Of a stretch of 64,000 bases of DNA, positions 49,787-59,354 are shown piece by piece. The stretch is from Armatimonadota bacterium (GTDB lineage: Bacteria > Armatimonadota > Hebobacteria > GCA-020354555 > CP070648). The DNA lies in NCBI GenBank assembly GCA_035527535.1, contig DATLAK010000171.1, positions 7,638-71,637 on the forward strand. The letters run 5' to 3'. The notes below the pieces were generated by a model. It had not been told where the DNA came from, did no database searches, and worked only from the letters and a program-made list of their open reading frames with translations. Made by a program: the position numbers and the translations under genes. Each line of letters begins with the position of its first letter. Position 1 is the stretch's first letter.

Positions 49787-50728
49787 ATGGACCAGCCGCT
49801 TGTCTCCTCAGCCATCCGCGCTTCGAGTCTGCGCAAACGCTTCGGCGAAGTGACGGCCGTGGACGGCCTCGCCCTCCAGGTTGCGCCGGGCGAGATCTTC
49901 GGCCTGGTCGGACCGGACGGCGCGGGGAAGACGACCACGATTCGCATACTCTGCGGCATTCTCGACGGGGACGGCGGAGAGGCGGAGGTGGCCGGCTTCG
50001 ACGTGCGCCGCCGGCCCGAGCAGGTAAAGCAGCGCATCGGCTACATGCCTCAGCAATTCAGCCTCTACGGAGACCTGACGGTGGCGGAGAACCTGCTCTT
50101 CTTCGCCAACATCTACCACGTGCCGAAAAGGGAGCGGCTGCGACGGGAGCAGGAGTTGCTCGAGTTCAGCCGGCTGGCACCATTTCGCACCCGCCTGGCC
50201 CAGCATCTCTCCGGAGGCATGAGACAGAAGCTGGCGCTCGCCTGTACGCTCATCCACCGGCCGCAAGTGCTCTTTCTCGACGAGCCGACCACCGGCGTCG
50301 ATCCCGTGTCCCGCCGTGATTTCTGGAAGATCCTCTACTCCCTCCTCCGAGAGGGCATGACGCTGTTCATCAGCACGCCTTACATGGACGAGGCGGAGCG
50401 ATGCAATCGGGTGGCCCTCATCAGCAAGGGGCGGATTCTCCAGTGTGATACGCCGGAGGCCCTGCGGCAGCAAATGCGCGGCGACCTGCTGGAGATCGTC
50501 GCGGAGCCCCAACGCCAGGCGAAGGCAACGCTGTCGGAGCGCCCGGAGGTGCTGGGCGTGCAGGTCTTCGGTGACCGCTTGCACGTGTGGGTGTCCGACG
50601 TGGCGCGGGACGAGCCCGCGCTCCTCTCCGTGCTGGGCCAGCACGGCGTCCTGGTACGTTCCTCGCGCCGCGCGGCTCCCGGCCTGGAGGACGTGTTCGT
50701 GTCGCTGGTATCGGAAGGGGCGCGATGA
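49787..50728 (+). CDS. ABC transporter ATP-binding protein (first NBD of a YbhF-like pair)
   Basis: Walker A GPDGAGKTTT, signature LSGGMRQK, Walker B LFLDEPTTGVD; ATG 49787 with RBS GAGGAG; ORF-track start 49490 overlaps hlyD. Confidence 0.85.
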   Translation: MDQPLVSSAIRASSLRKRFGEVTAVDGLALQVAPGEIFGLVGPDGAGKTTTIRILCGILDGDGGEAEVAGFDVRRRPEQVKQRIGYMPQQFSLYGDLTVAENLLFFANIYHVPKRERLRREQELLEFSRLAPFRTRLAQHLSGGMRQKLALACTLIHRPQVLFLDEPTTGVDPVSRRDFWKILYSLLREGMTLFISTPYMDEAERCNRVALISKGRILQCDTPEALRQQMRGDLLEIVAEPQRQAKATLSERPEVLGVQVFGDRLHVWVSDVARDEPALLSVLGQHGVLVRSSRRAAPGLEDVFVSLVSEGAR

Positions 50729-51693
50729 GCGGGATGGCGAACGGCGAACCGGCGGTGGCGGTCGAGAACCTGGTGAAGAGGTTCGGCAAGTTCCTGGCGG
50801 TGGACCGGATCTCGTTCTCCTTGCCCAAAGGGGAGGTCTTCGGCTTCCTGGGACCCAACGGCGCGGGCAAGTCAACGACCATTCGCATGCTCTGCGGCCT
50901 TCTCCTGCCGACCTCCGGCCGGGGCCGCGTGGTCGGCTACGACGTGATGACGGAGTCGGAACAGATCAAGCAGCGCATCGGGTACATGAGCCAGAAGTTC
51001 TCCCTCTACGGGGACCTGACGGTCGAGGAGAACATCGAGTTCTATGCCGACGTGTACGGCGTTCCCCTGGGGCGCATGGCCGAACGCAAGTCCTGGATTC
51101 TCCGGATGGCGGACCTCCAGGATCGCACGAAGAGTCTCACCCGCGAGCTGGCTGTCGGGTGGAAGCAGCGACTCGCCCTGGGTTGCGCGGTCGTCCACGA
51201 GCCGCAGGCGCTCTTCCTCGATGAACCGACGGCAGGTGTGGATCCGGTGTCGCGGCGCACGTTCTGGGACCTGATCTACACCGTCGCCGGGCAGGGGGTG
51301 AGCGTGTTCGTGACCACACACTATATGGACGAGGCGGAGCACTGCGACCGGCTGGGGCTGATCTACGGCGGCAAGCTGATCGCTCTCGGCGCCCCGGCCG
51401 AACTGAAAGCACAGGCCGCCTCCGGGGTCCTGTTGGAGGTCTCCGCGCGCCCGCTGATGGAGGCTCTGGGCGTGTTGGAGACCGACCCCCGCGTGGGCGA
51501 CGTCGCCGTGTTCGGGAGCAACCTCCACGTGGTCGTGCCGGACGAGCCGCAGCCCGCGGCGGTGGTACGCGCCGCGCTCACCAACGCCGGCCTGTCCGTC
51601 ATCAGTGTGGAACCCATTCTGCCGTCGCTCGAAGATGTTTTCGTCTCGTTGATCGAGCGCGCCGACCGGGAGGCGCGGGAGGTTACGAGCTAG
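50725..51693 (+). CDS. ABC transporter ATP-binding protein (second NBD)
   Basis: Walker A GPNGAGKSTT, signature (LAVGWKQR, degenerate), Walker B LFLDEPTAGVD; ATGA overlap with upstream gene. Confidence 0.85.
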   Translation: MSGMANGEPAVAVENLVKRFGKFLAVDRISFSLPKGEVFGFLGPNGAGKSTTIRMLCGLLLPTSGRGRVVGYDVMTESEQIKQRIGYMSQKFSLYGDLTVEENIEFYADVYGVPLGRMAERKSWILRMADLQDRTKSLTRELAVGWKQRLALGCAVVHEPQALFLDEPTAGVDPVSRRTFWDLIYTVAGQGVSVFVTTHYMDEAEHCDRLGLIYGGKLIALGAPAELKAQAASGVLLEVSARPLMEALGVLETDPRVGDVAVFGSNLHVVVPDEPQPAAVVRAALTNAGLSVISVEPILPSLEDVFVSLIERADREAREVTS

Positions 51694-51696
51694 GCT

Positions 51697-52830
51697 ATGC
51701 TGCTGCGCACCTGGATGATCGCCTGGAAAGAGTCCCTCCAGATCCGGCGCGACCCGCGCACGCTGCTGGTGGTAATCGCGCTGCCCGTGCTCATGCTGGT
51801 CCTGTACGGATACGCCTTCAACCTGGATGTGAAGCATCTGACGCTGGCCGTCTACGATCAGGATCACACCCGGGCCGGGCGCGACCTGATAGGCGCCTTC
51901 TCTCACAGCGAGTACTTCGATCTCGCGGGCAGCCTGACCAGCTACCAGGAGGTGGAATCCGCGCTCGACCGGGGCGAGGCGAAGGTCGCTCTAATCATCC
52001 CGGCCCGGTTCGGCACCGAGCTGGCTTCGGGCCGGCCTGCCCCCGTGCAGGTGATCATCGACGGTTCCGACTCCACCACCGCGAGCACGGCGATTGGCTA
52101 CGCCGCGCTGGCGGTACAGCAGTATTCCCGGCAGGTCACCGTTGAGGCCTTAAGGCGGGCCGGCCTGCCCGGGGACAGCGGGCTGGGCCCGCTCGATATG
52201 CGGGGACAGGTCTGGTACAACCCGGAGCTGCGCAGCACCAACTTCCTGGTGCCGGGTCTGATCGCAGTCATCTTGAGCATGCTCGCGGCCTTGCTTATCT
52301 CCATGACCGTGGCGCGGGAACGGGAACGCGGCACCATCGAGCCGTTAATCGCTTCGCCGGTGATGCCCCACGAGCTGATGCTGGGGAAGCTTCTGCCGTA
52401 TGCGGCGATCGCCTTCGTGGATATCGTCCTCGTCATCCTGGCCGGGCTGCTGCTTTTCCACGTGCCGCTCAGGGGCAGCCCCTCCCTGCTGCTCGGCCTG
52501 TCCGCCCTTTTCCTGCTGACCTCACTGGCGATCGGCCTGCTGATCTCGACCGTCTCCACCAGCCAGCAGACAGCCATGACCGTGGCCATGCTCGTCACCC
52601 AGCTCCCCGCCATGTTGCTCTCCGGCTTCGTCTTCCCCATCCGGGCCATGCCCCCGGTCCTACAATGGATCACGAACTTCGTCCCCGCCCGCCACTTCCT
52701 GGTGATCGTGCGTGGGATATTCCTTAAGGGAATCGGGATCTCGATTCTGTGGGAGCCGGCGTTGATTCTGCTGCTGTACAGCGTGGCCTTGATCGGGCTC
52801 TGTTCGTTTCGATTCCGGAAGAAGTTGTGA
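51697..52830 (+). CDS. ABC-2 type transporter permease
   Basis: N-terminal TM then large extracytoplasmic loop then 5 TM; ABC2_membrane pattern (...LLVPGLIAVILSML...). Confidence 0.85.
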   Translation: MLLRTWMIAWKESLQIRRDPRTLLVVIALPVLMLVLYGYAFNLDVKHLTLAVYDQDHTRAGRDLIGAFSHSEYFDLAGSLTSYQEVESALDRGEAKVALIIPARFGTELASGRPAPVQVIIDGSDSTTASTAIGYAALAVQQYSRQVTVEALRRAGLPGDSGLGPLDMRGQVWYNPELRSTNFLVPGLIAVILSMLAALLISMTVARERERGTIEPLIASPVMPHELMLGKLLPYAAIAFVDIVLVILAGLLLFHVPLRGSPSLLLGLSALFLLTSLAIGLLISTVSTSQQTAMTVAMLVTQLPAMLLSGFVFPIRAMPPVLQWITNFVPARHFLVIVRGIFLKGIGISILWEPALILLLYSVALIGLCSFRFRKKL

Positions 52831-52839
52831 GGCGCGGCG

Positions 52840-53961
52840 GTGAACTGGCGACGCGTCCTGCGCATCATCAAGAAAGAGTTTCTCCAGTTGCGCCGCGATC
52901 CGCGACTGCTGCGGATGGTGGTGGTGGCGCCCGTGCTCCAGCTCATCCTCTTTGGCTACGCGGTCACCACGGATGTCCGCCACGTCAGCATGGCCGTCTA
53001 CGACGAGGACCACACGCCGGCCAGCCGCGCCCTCGTCGCCCGCTTCGTTCACTCCGGGTACTTCGACCTGGACCGATGGGTGACGCGCCCGGATCAGATT
53101 CAGCCGCTGCTCGATGCCAGCGCGGTGCAGGTGGCCGTGCACATCCCGCGGGGGTTTGCCAAGGATCTTGCGCGGGGGCTTCCTGCCGCGGCGCAAGTCA
53201 TCCTCGACGGCTCCGACTCGACCACCGCCGGTATCATCTCCGGCTACGTGGCGGGTGTGGCCGCGACCTACTCGGGCCAGATAGAGGTGGCTCGGATCGG
53301 TCGCCTTGCTCCACTTCCACGCGTCGAGAGCCGGCTGCGCGTCTGGTACAACCCAGAACTCAAGAGCGTCAACTTCATGGTCCCCGCCGTGCTTTGCATG
53401 ATCCTCCTCAACACGACGATGATGCTCACCTGTCTTGCCATCGTGAAGGAGCGAGAGATCGGGACGCTGGAGCAACTCGTCGTGACGCCAATCACCGCCC
53501 GCGAACTGATGGTGGGCAAGACGGTTCCCTTTATCGTGATCAGCTTCGTTGACGTGGTGCTGGTGCTCCTGGTCTCCTCACTCTGGTTTCGCGTGCCAAT
53601 CGCGGGGAGCCTGATGCTGTTGTTTGCGCTGGCCGCGCTGTTTCTACTCACCAGCCTCGGATCCGGCCTCTTCATCTCCACCATCTCGCACACTCAACAG
53701 CAGGCGATGATGACCGCTTTCTTCTTCATGTTCCCCTCCTTCATTCTCTCGGGTCTGATCTTCCCGATCGAGAACATGCCGCGGGTGATCCAATGGGTCA
53801 CCTACGCAATCCCGCTCCGCTACTTCCTGACCATCGTCCGCGGTATCTTCCTGAAGGGAAGCGGCCTGGACGTCCTCTGGCCGCATGTGGTCGCGCTCGC
53901 GGTCTTCGGCCTCGTCATCATGATGCTGAGCGTGGCGCGCTTCACGAAGCGATTGGGGTGA
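52840..53961 (+). CDS. ABC-2 type transporter permease (paralog of the preceding gene)
   Basis: Same architecture and ~40% identity by eye to 51697-52830 (e.g. VWYNPELKSVNFMVPAVLCMIL vs VWYNPELRSTNFLVPGLIAVIL); GTG start. Confidence 0.85.
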   Translation: MNWRRVLRIIKKEFLQLRRDPRLLRMVVVAPVLQLILFGYAVTTDVRHVSMAVYDEDHTPASRALVARFVHSGYFDLDRWVTRPDQIQPLLDASAVQVAVHIPRGFAKDLARGLPAAAQVILDGSDSTTAGIISGYVAGVAATYSGQIEVARIGRLAPLPRVESRLRVWYNPELKSVNFMVPAVLCMILLNTTMMLTCLAIVKEREIGTLEQLVVTPITARELMVGKTVPFIVISFVDVVLVLLVSSLWFRVPIAGSLMLLFALAALFLLTSLGSGLFISTISHTQQQAMMTAFFFMFPSFILSGLIFPIENMPRVIQWVTYAIPLRYFLTIVRGIFLKGSGLDVLWPHVVALAVFGLVIMMLSVARFTKRLG

Positions 53962-53964
53962 GAC

Positions 53965-54100
53965 AGAGTCTTCTCCCACCACCGCGGGGCGAGCTCGCGG
54001 CTTAGCCTCGCTTCGGAACTGGCCAGGTGGGCTTTCGGCAGTAGGTTGGTGCGCAGCAGGTGGGCCAGCGTAGCCGCGTCAGTCTTATCGGTCTTGATGC
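53965..54100 (-). pseudogene. IS110-family transposase internal fragment (~45 aa)
   Basis: RIKTDKTDAATLAHLLRTNLLPKAHLASSEARLSRELAPRWWEKTL matches the conserved KTDk.DA..LA.llr.g.l..vwvP.....lR.L.R.R segment of IS110 DEDD transposases; no start, no catalytic region. Confidence 0.5.
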
Positions 54101-54346
54101 GGGCGCTGGTCGGCACGGTTTCTCCAGACCCGCGCATCTTCACCCGCCGAGGCGGGATAGCGCAAGCCCGGAGGGAGGCCAGCCTTCGCATGACATCAAC
54201 TGCAACATCGAGCCCACCTCGCCAGGTTCCGATACATCAAGTTGCAGGTGCACCAAAGAGCTTCGTACATTAGCGCAGGGCGAATACAAACCCGATTCGA
54301 GTTCAGTTCTGGGCTTCTTCTGCCCTGGCCTGATACACGAGCTTCT

Positions 54347-54553
54347 CTAGATCGTCGCCTTGGGGCGGGACTTGTCATCTTCGCGTCGCCGCGGTTGCTC
54401 GATCTGGGGTATCGTTGGGGCTAGATCGGGCGCTGCACCCCGCTGTTTCAAGACGAGCAGGTGCAGCAGGTCAACACGCTTCTCCAGTTCCGCGATCCGT
54501 CCCTCCAAGTATGCAATCCGTTGCGCCAGTTCCTGGAACATAGATTCCTCCAT
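54347..54553 (-). CDS. small coiled-coil protein (68 aa), hypothetical
   Basis: MEESMFQELAQRIAYLEGRIAELEKRVDLLHLLVLKQ... heptad pattern; lies in the low-GC island; weak evidence. Confidence 0.25.
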   Translation of the reverse strand: MEESMFQELAQRIAYLEGRIAELEKRVDLLHLLVLKQRGAAPDLAPTIPQIEQPRRREDDKSRPKATI

Positions 54554-54750
54554 CGTTGGCTATCCAAAGTCGTTCCTGTCGCCGATCCGTCGTCTAGTAT
54601 TCCGCGCGTGCTGTCGCCCATCCTGCCGCATGTATGTCGCCCGTAAGCCATGCGCCGTTCGGCTTTCGTTATTGCAGCGTCGGCCGCCATGATGAAGGAA
54701 CTGCGCAGTTTGTGTGGTTCACGAAGCGGCAGAGCCGGTCAGACTGGCGA

Positions 54751-55787
54751 TTAGCCCCACCGCCGTCTCTTTGGCGCGGGTGTCGGAGTGGAGATAGTTG
54801 GCGGTAGTTTCGAGGTCGGCGTGGCCGAGGAGTTCTTGGACGGTGCGGACGTCCACGCCGTTGCGCACGAGGTGGGTGGCGAAGGTGTGGCGGAGTGGCT
54901 AGGCCGCCAGGCCGCCATGGCGGTCGCGGCGCGACTTAGCCACTTATGAACCGTGATGCGCTGGCCGGCCAAGCCTGCCCGCTCCACCAGTCGGCGCACG
55001 ATGCGATGGATGCGAGCGCCGTTTATCGGCTGGCCCCACATCTGGCTGATGAAGAGGTGGCCGCTCTGCGTCGGCCCGCGCCAAGCCACGCTTGTCCGCC
55101 GCCAGGTGAGATATTCCATGATTGCCTCGACCACCTCAGGTGTTAACGGCACCACCCGCTCCTTGTTACCTTTGCCGCGCACGCGCAGTTGGCAATACTC
55201 CAGGTCACCCTGATCCAGCACGATGCCGGCAGCCTCGCTGCGGCGCAAGCCGGTTGAAAGCAAGAGCAGGACCAATAGCCTGCGGTCAGGAGTCTGTGCC
55301 GCCGCCAGCAGTTGGTGCACCTGCTCGGCGGACAGCACGGTGGGCAGATTCCTCGCCACCTTGGGTAGAGGCAGTCTGCGGGCAGGGTTGCCCTGGCAAT
55401 GGCCCATGTGGCTCTGCCATCCCGTTGGGAGGGCAACGCCATCTCAGAGGGATCCTGGAGGAAGGAGAAGAACGACGAGAGGCAGCCATACTTGCGGCGG
55501 ATCGTGAGCGGCTTCATACCGGTTAGCTTCAGCCCCCAGGCGACCACCTGCGGGCGGGTGATCTCCGCGGGCGCGGGCACGCGGCCTCCCTGCTCAAGCA
55601 GGAACTCCTGGAACTCGCGCAGGTCAATGCGATAGGCCCCGACCGTCCACGGCGAGTAGTGGCGGTAGCCCTGCAGGTACGACAGAAACTTCGAAACCGC
55701 GGCGTCGAAGGCGCTGCCCTCCTCGGCCCCTGTATTCTGCTCAGATGCGTCCGGAAAGTCCGGATTCTCCGCCGCCTGCGTGACCAT
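54751..55787 (-). pseudogene. tyrosine site-specific recombinase/integrase (XerC/XerD-like), disrupted by two frameshifts and an in-frame TAG
   Basis: N-terminal SAM-like domain (FLSYLQGYRHYSPWTVGAYRIDLREFQEFL...ITRPQVVAWG), core (LSTGLRRSEAAGIVL...LRVRGKGNKERVVPL), then catalytic [39 protein letters not shown] only in a shifted frame after TAG. Confidence 0.7.
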
Positions 55788-56029
55788 GCGTGACCTCTCC
55801 TGTAACCCACGTTCTGTCGCCTACATAGGTCACTCGAAGCCAGCCAGAAGTCAAGCGAGATTCGAGGCAATCCTTGCGCGCGGTGGCCCACAGGAAAGAG
55901 CCTTGCGAAGGAAGGCGATGTGGCCGCTGCTTGGAGCCGATTGGGGATAGCTCGGGGGGCAAGCCACGTGGGAATCGCGCGGGCGCCGGCAGGGGCCTTT
56001 TCCGGCGATCATGTATTGTCTATGGCCAC

Positions 56030-57916
56030 TCAAACGCCATCCGAGGAGTCGATGCCCAGTTGGCGGTCAACCTCCGTGACCGGGTTGCAGCCCTTGTCGA
56101 GGCGGATTGGGAACCCGGTGGAAGGAAGGACGGCGGAGTTTAGATGGATCGTTAGTCGGGGTTGCCCCGAGTCTCCGGCGCTCGGTTCAAGACGGAGCAG
56201 GGACGCCTTGTCCGATAGCAATCTGAGCGCGAGCTGGTTAAGTTGCTCGGGGGTCGTGTCCTTGCATAGGACCGCGAGGGCCGGCGCGGACACGGCCAAA
56301 AGAAGTTCACGTAGGGCTTCCCTCTCATCGATCGACTGGACGCGCGCTGCAAATCTAAGTGCGCGGAGAGCATCGGCGTACTGCGCCTCAAGAAGCGCAC
56401 TATCTGCCTGCGCAAATGTCGTTGCCTCAACGAGCGCTTCGCCAGGCTTCCCTGCGGCGGTTCGGGCATCCACGGTTCCATAGTAGCACTCGATGGTGCC
56501 CCTTCGAAAAACAAAGCACCCGGCAGTCTCAAGGAAATCAAGTAAGGCGGTGACCCTGTCGTATATCGCGACCCACTGTACGGTGTTGGACATTGAAGCT
56601 CGTTCGGCGGCTGACATGCTCATGAGGGCCGCGAGAGCTGCGCGCCTCTTCTGCGCCACCTCGTTCTTAGTGGGGTCTCGAAGCTGCCAGTACGGGTGCT
56701 GCTCGGCGTGGGGTGCTATGTCGTGCCATTGAGCATCGGCCAAGTGGCAGAAATCACCGTGCACTGATGCCGCGAACGCGTGCGCATCGGAATAGCCCTT
56801 GGCATTGGCGGCTTTCGCAACAGAGGAGTCGCTTGCGTAGACGCTGACAAGGTCGAGGCCATCGGCGATGGCATCGACATCTGCTAGGACGATGGGTGAC
56901 TTGCCGATGAGCTTGAGTAACTTTGCTACGATGGGCATTCGCCCTTTGCCCATCACAGGTACAAGTTGGGCTCCTGTCGGCGCGAGGTAGAGGCTGAGTC
57001 GGTTGTCCAACTCTGTGCAGATGAAGGCATCACTTGGGCCTTCGACAAGCAGGGGTCGCGCACAGAAGAACGCCAACTTGTGTGCGTGACTCAAGTGCGG
57101 GAGAAGAGCGCGTAGTTGGGCGTTTTTCAGCTCGGGCCTTTCGGGACTCACTTGGATGGGGGGACGATCTGGATCGCAGCAGAAGACTATGCTTGCCACG
57201 TCTTCGGGGCGCCTGATATCAATCATCTCGGTGGAGTGTGTCGCGATGAACACGAGCTTCTTGCCAGGGGTACTCGGATCGCCTGCAACCTCACGAATCT
57301 CGCGAAGCAAGAACGCTTGAAGTTGGGGGTGGAGGGAGACTTCCGGCTCGTCTATGAGGAGCGCGGCGACCTCGTCATCATAAAGGGCCGCCAAGAGCAC
57401 CACCAGCTGCAGCAGTCCGCTCGCCTCTCGCGCCACTGAGTAGGGCGGATGGGACGAGTCCAGCCTTACGAATCTCACCCTCAGCCTGCCTTCGTCCCAG
57501 TCGAGAAGAACGTCACGATTGAAGAGCCTACGGAGTCGCTCCGCGATTTTGATCTGCAGGTCAGCTCGGAAGCTGAGCGTATGAAAGTCCCCCGTCACGG
57601 CCTCACTGAGATGCCGTCTATCGCGCAACTTCCTCCCGCCGAAAGCTGCCTCATCGTAGTTCAGTGAATCTCCTCTGCTCCCGTCCCAATCCGAGCGGTA
57701 TTGCTCGACGGGCGCGGAACGGCCGGCCGACAAGAAATGGACTTTGCCTTGCGCGACAAGCGGACGGACCGCCGACTTAAGTGCCCGAAGGACTTGAGTC
57801 TTCCCCGAGCCATTGGGGCCGACAAGCGTGGTGAGGCCCCCATAGACAGTGATGCTCGAAGTAGCGGCCCCAGGCACCTCCCTTATCTCGCACTTCAGTT
57901 CAAATGGAAAGTTCAC
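56030..57916 (-). CDS. OLD-family (overcoming lysogenization defect) ATP-dependent endonuclease: N-terminal ABC/AAA_21-type ATPase + C-terminal Toprim domain
   Basis: Walker A GPNGSGKTQ, Walker B/D-loop LLIDEPEVSLHPQLQ, H-loop FIATHST; Toprim motifs LVEGPSD and ~40 aa later LADVDAIADG; 628 aa, similar size to P2 Old / Gabija GajA. Confidence 0.75.
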   Translation of the reverse strand: MNFPFELKCEIREVPGAATSSITVYGGLTTLVGPNGSGKTQVLRALKSAVRPLVAQGKVHFLSAGRSAPVEQYRSDWDGSRGDSLNYDEAAFGGRKLRDRRHLSEAVTGDFHTLSFRADLQIKIAERLRRLFNRDVLLDWDEGRLRVRFVRLDSSHPPYSVAREASGLLQLVVLLAALYDDEVAALLIDEPEVSLHPQLQAFLLREIREVAGDPSTPGKKLVFIATHSTEMIDIRRPEDVASIVFCCDPDRPPIQVSPERPELKNAQLRALLPHLSHAHKLAFFCARPLLVEGPSDAFICTELDNRLSLYLAPTGAQLVPVMGKGRMPIVAKLLKLIGKSPIVLADVDAIADGLDLVSVYASDSSVAKAANAKGYSDAHAFAASVHGDFCHLADAQWHDIAPHAEQHPYWQLRDPTKNEVAQKRRAALAALMSMSAAERASMSNTVQWVAIYDRVTALLDFLETAGCFVFRRGTIECYYGTVDARTAAGKPGEALVEATTFAQADSALLEAQYADALRALRFAARVQSIDEREALRELLLAVSAPALAVLCKDTTPEQLNQLALRLLSDKASLLRLEPSAGDSGQPRLTIHLNSAVLPSTGFPIRLDKGCNPVTEVDRQLGIDSSDGV

Positions 57917-58120
57917 GGTGTCAGTGCCTCCTGGTGACCGACAGACTCAGGGGCGCGCGATCCGGCCGCTTAGGGCGATACGGGCACTTGACGGCTTGTT
58001 GCCGCCCCTGAGCCATTGTAGGTTGAGGCTCCGCTGCTGTCAACGCGAACAGGCCCTTCGGACCGTCGATCACGTGATTCGCTGTGCGCGACGATGGTCG
58101 GAGCAAGCCGGTCGAGGAAT

Positions 58121-58169
58121 GGGCCTGTAATGCGGCAACTGTCGCGTGCCGGGAAAGTGATGAGAACGG
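58121..58169. repeat. ~50-bp motif copy A, ~200 nt upstream of the OLD-family gene
   Basis: GGGCCTGTAATGCGGCAACTGTCGCGTGCCGGGAAAGTGATGAGAACGG; 26/28 identical over the first 28 nt to copy B and ~75% over the rest. Confidence 0.6.
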
Positions 58170-58193
58170 TTCCGCGTCCGGTTTGAGTTCTGC

Positions 58194-58985
58194 CTACGGG
58201 TCAATCGGCCGCCAACTGGTGGAGCGAACCTCTTCGATCTTCTCGATCTCAGAGCGAGAGATGGGACGCTGCGCTCGGACGTTGAACTCGCGCTGCTCGG
58301 GAGGGAGAACATGCTGAATCGCCTGCGGTGTGCGTGAAAGCCCCTCGCGCTCGACGGCTGCCACGACCCTGCCCATGAAGTAGTCAAGGGATCCCAGCGG
58401 CAGGGCTCCCTCGTTCACCTCAAACGCGGGTGACGTGCGTCGCACCCAAATGACGACCTTGGTGCACACCAGGTCGCCGCTCGATACCCACTCGCTCACT
58501 CGCTCCACCAGCGCCCAGCCGGCGGCCGTCATTCCCGCCCGCAGGATGGGATCGTCTTTGCGCTCCGGGAGGTGATCCGTGATGTACTTGAGATTCTGCT
58601 TGAGCTGGCTGCCGCGGTAGTTGTGTGCATATCCCAGTGCACTGTGGTGAATTGAAGCAAAACCTATGCCGGGGCTGTCGAGATCGCGTTTCGACCAATC
58701 GAGGATGTCTTTCAGATCGAAGGAGAAGGAGCTATAGTCTTCGTGGACTGTGAAACGGAATCCGCGAGACACCTGTGCCTGCAGGATCTCAAGCAGGTGG
58801 CACAACTCTGGACGGATAGGCCGGAAGGGATCGGCTTGAGGGTCCAGCGGGTCGGAGAGGTCCTCAAGGCACATGCCGCGGTACATATACCGCGACGCCA
58901 CGGCCTCCTGCCAGATCCGCTCTGCCGCCTCAATGAATTCGCGTTCCGCGCTCATTGTATTGTTCCATCGCCCTTTAGTGACCAA
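58194..58985 (-). CDS. hypothetical protein (263 aa), putative partner of the OLD-family nuclease
   Basis: Co-directional ORF 277 bp upstream of the OLD gene, similar reduced G+C; no recognisable motif (no RT YxDD, no helicase motifs); alternative start at Met11. Confidence 0.5.
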   Translation of the reverse strand: MVTKGRWNNTMSAEREFIEAAERIWQEAVASRYMYRGMCLEDLSDPLDPQADPFRPIRPELCHLLEILQAQVSRGFRFTVHEDYSSFSFDLKDILDWSKRDLDSPGIGFASIHHSALGYAHNYRGSQLKQNLKYITDHLPERKDDPILRAGMTAAGWALVERVSEWVSSGDLVCTKVVIWVRRTSPAFEVNEGALPLGSLDYFMGRVVAAVEREGLSRTPQAIQHVLPPEQREFNVRAQRPISRSEIEKIEEVRSTSWRPIDP

Positions 58986-59303
58986 GTGACCAGGAGACTA
59001 TACTCGTTTCGCCCGGCTGCTATCAAGGCTTCTCGTGGTGCGGGGCGTAATGTCGAGCCTGTTGAAATGTCCCGTAGGTCACTTCCCAATAGGAGAGGAT
59101 TGAGGCGGGGGAAGACAGCTGGTGCGGGCCTTGTGCAATTCATGGCAACAGCGCGTGAGCGAAATCCGCCGTATGGTTTCCGATTCGTCGTCCATAGGCC
59201 GTTTCACCCCGACTCTTGGTAGCCGCCGCTGGTCAGTCGAATTGGTCAAGGACTCCAGCGGAGTTCTGGGCGGAATCTTCGGACTGCAGAATGGCCGAAA
59301 AGC

Positions 59304-59354
59304 GGGCCTGTAATTCGGCAACTGTCGGGTGTTGTGCGGAATGACGACAAACGG
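59304..59354. repeat. ~50-bp motif copy B, ~320 nt upstream of the 263-aa gene; partial third copy at 59511-59525
   Basis: GGGCCTGTAATTCGGCAACTGTCGGGTGTTGTGCGGAATGACGACAAACGG; partial GGGCCTGTAAGCCGG at 59511. Confidence 0.6.

Noticed and set aside
54200-54320. Possible tRNA or tRNA fragment as integration site at the island junction (e.g. CCCGATTCGAGTTCAG)
   Set aside because: No acceptable T-loop (GGTTCGAATCC-like) or cloverleaf could be assembled by eye. Left unsupported.
58194-58985. 263-aa protein as a retron/DRT reverse transcriptase partner of the OLD nuclease
   Set aside because: No YxDD/FxDD catalytic motif or RT finger/palm signatures in any frame of 58-60 kb. Length is too short for an RT.
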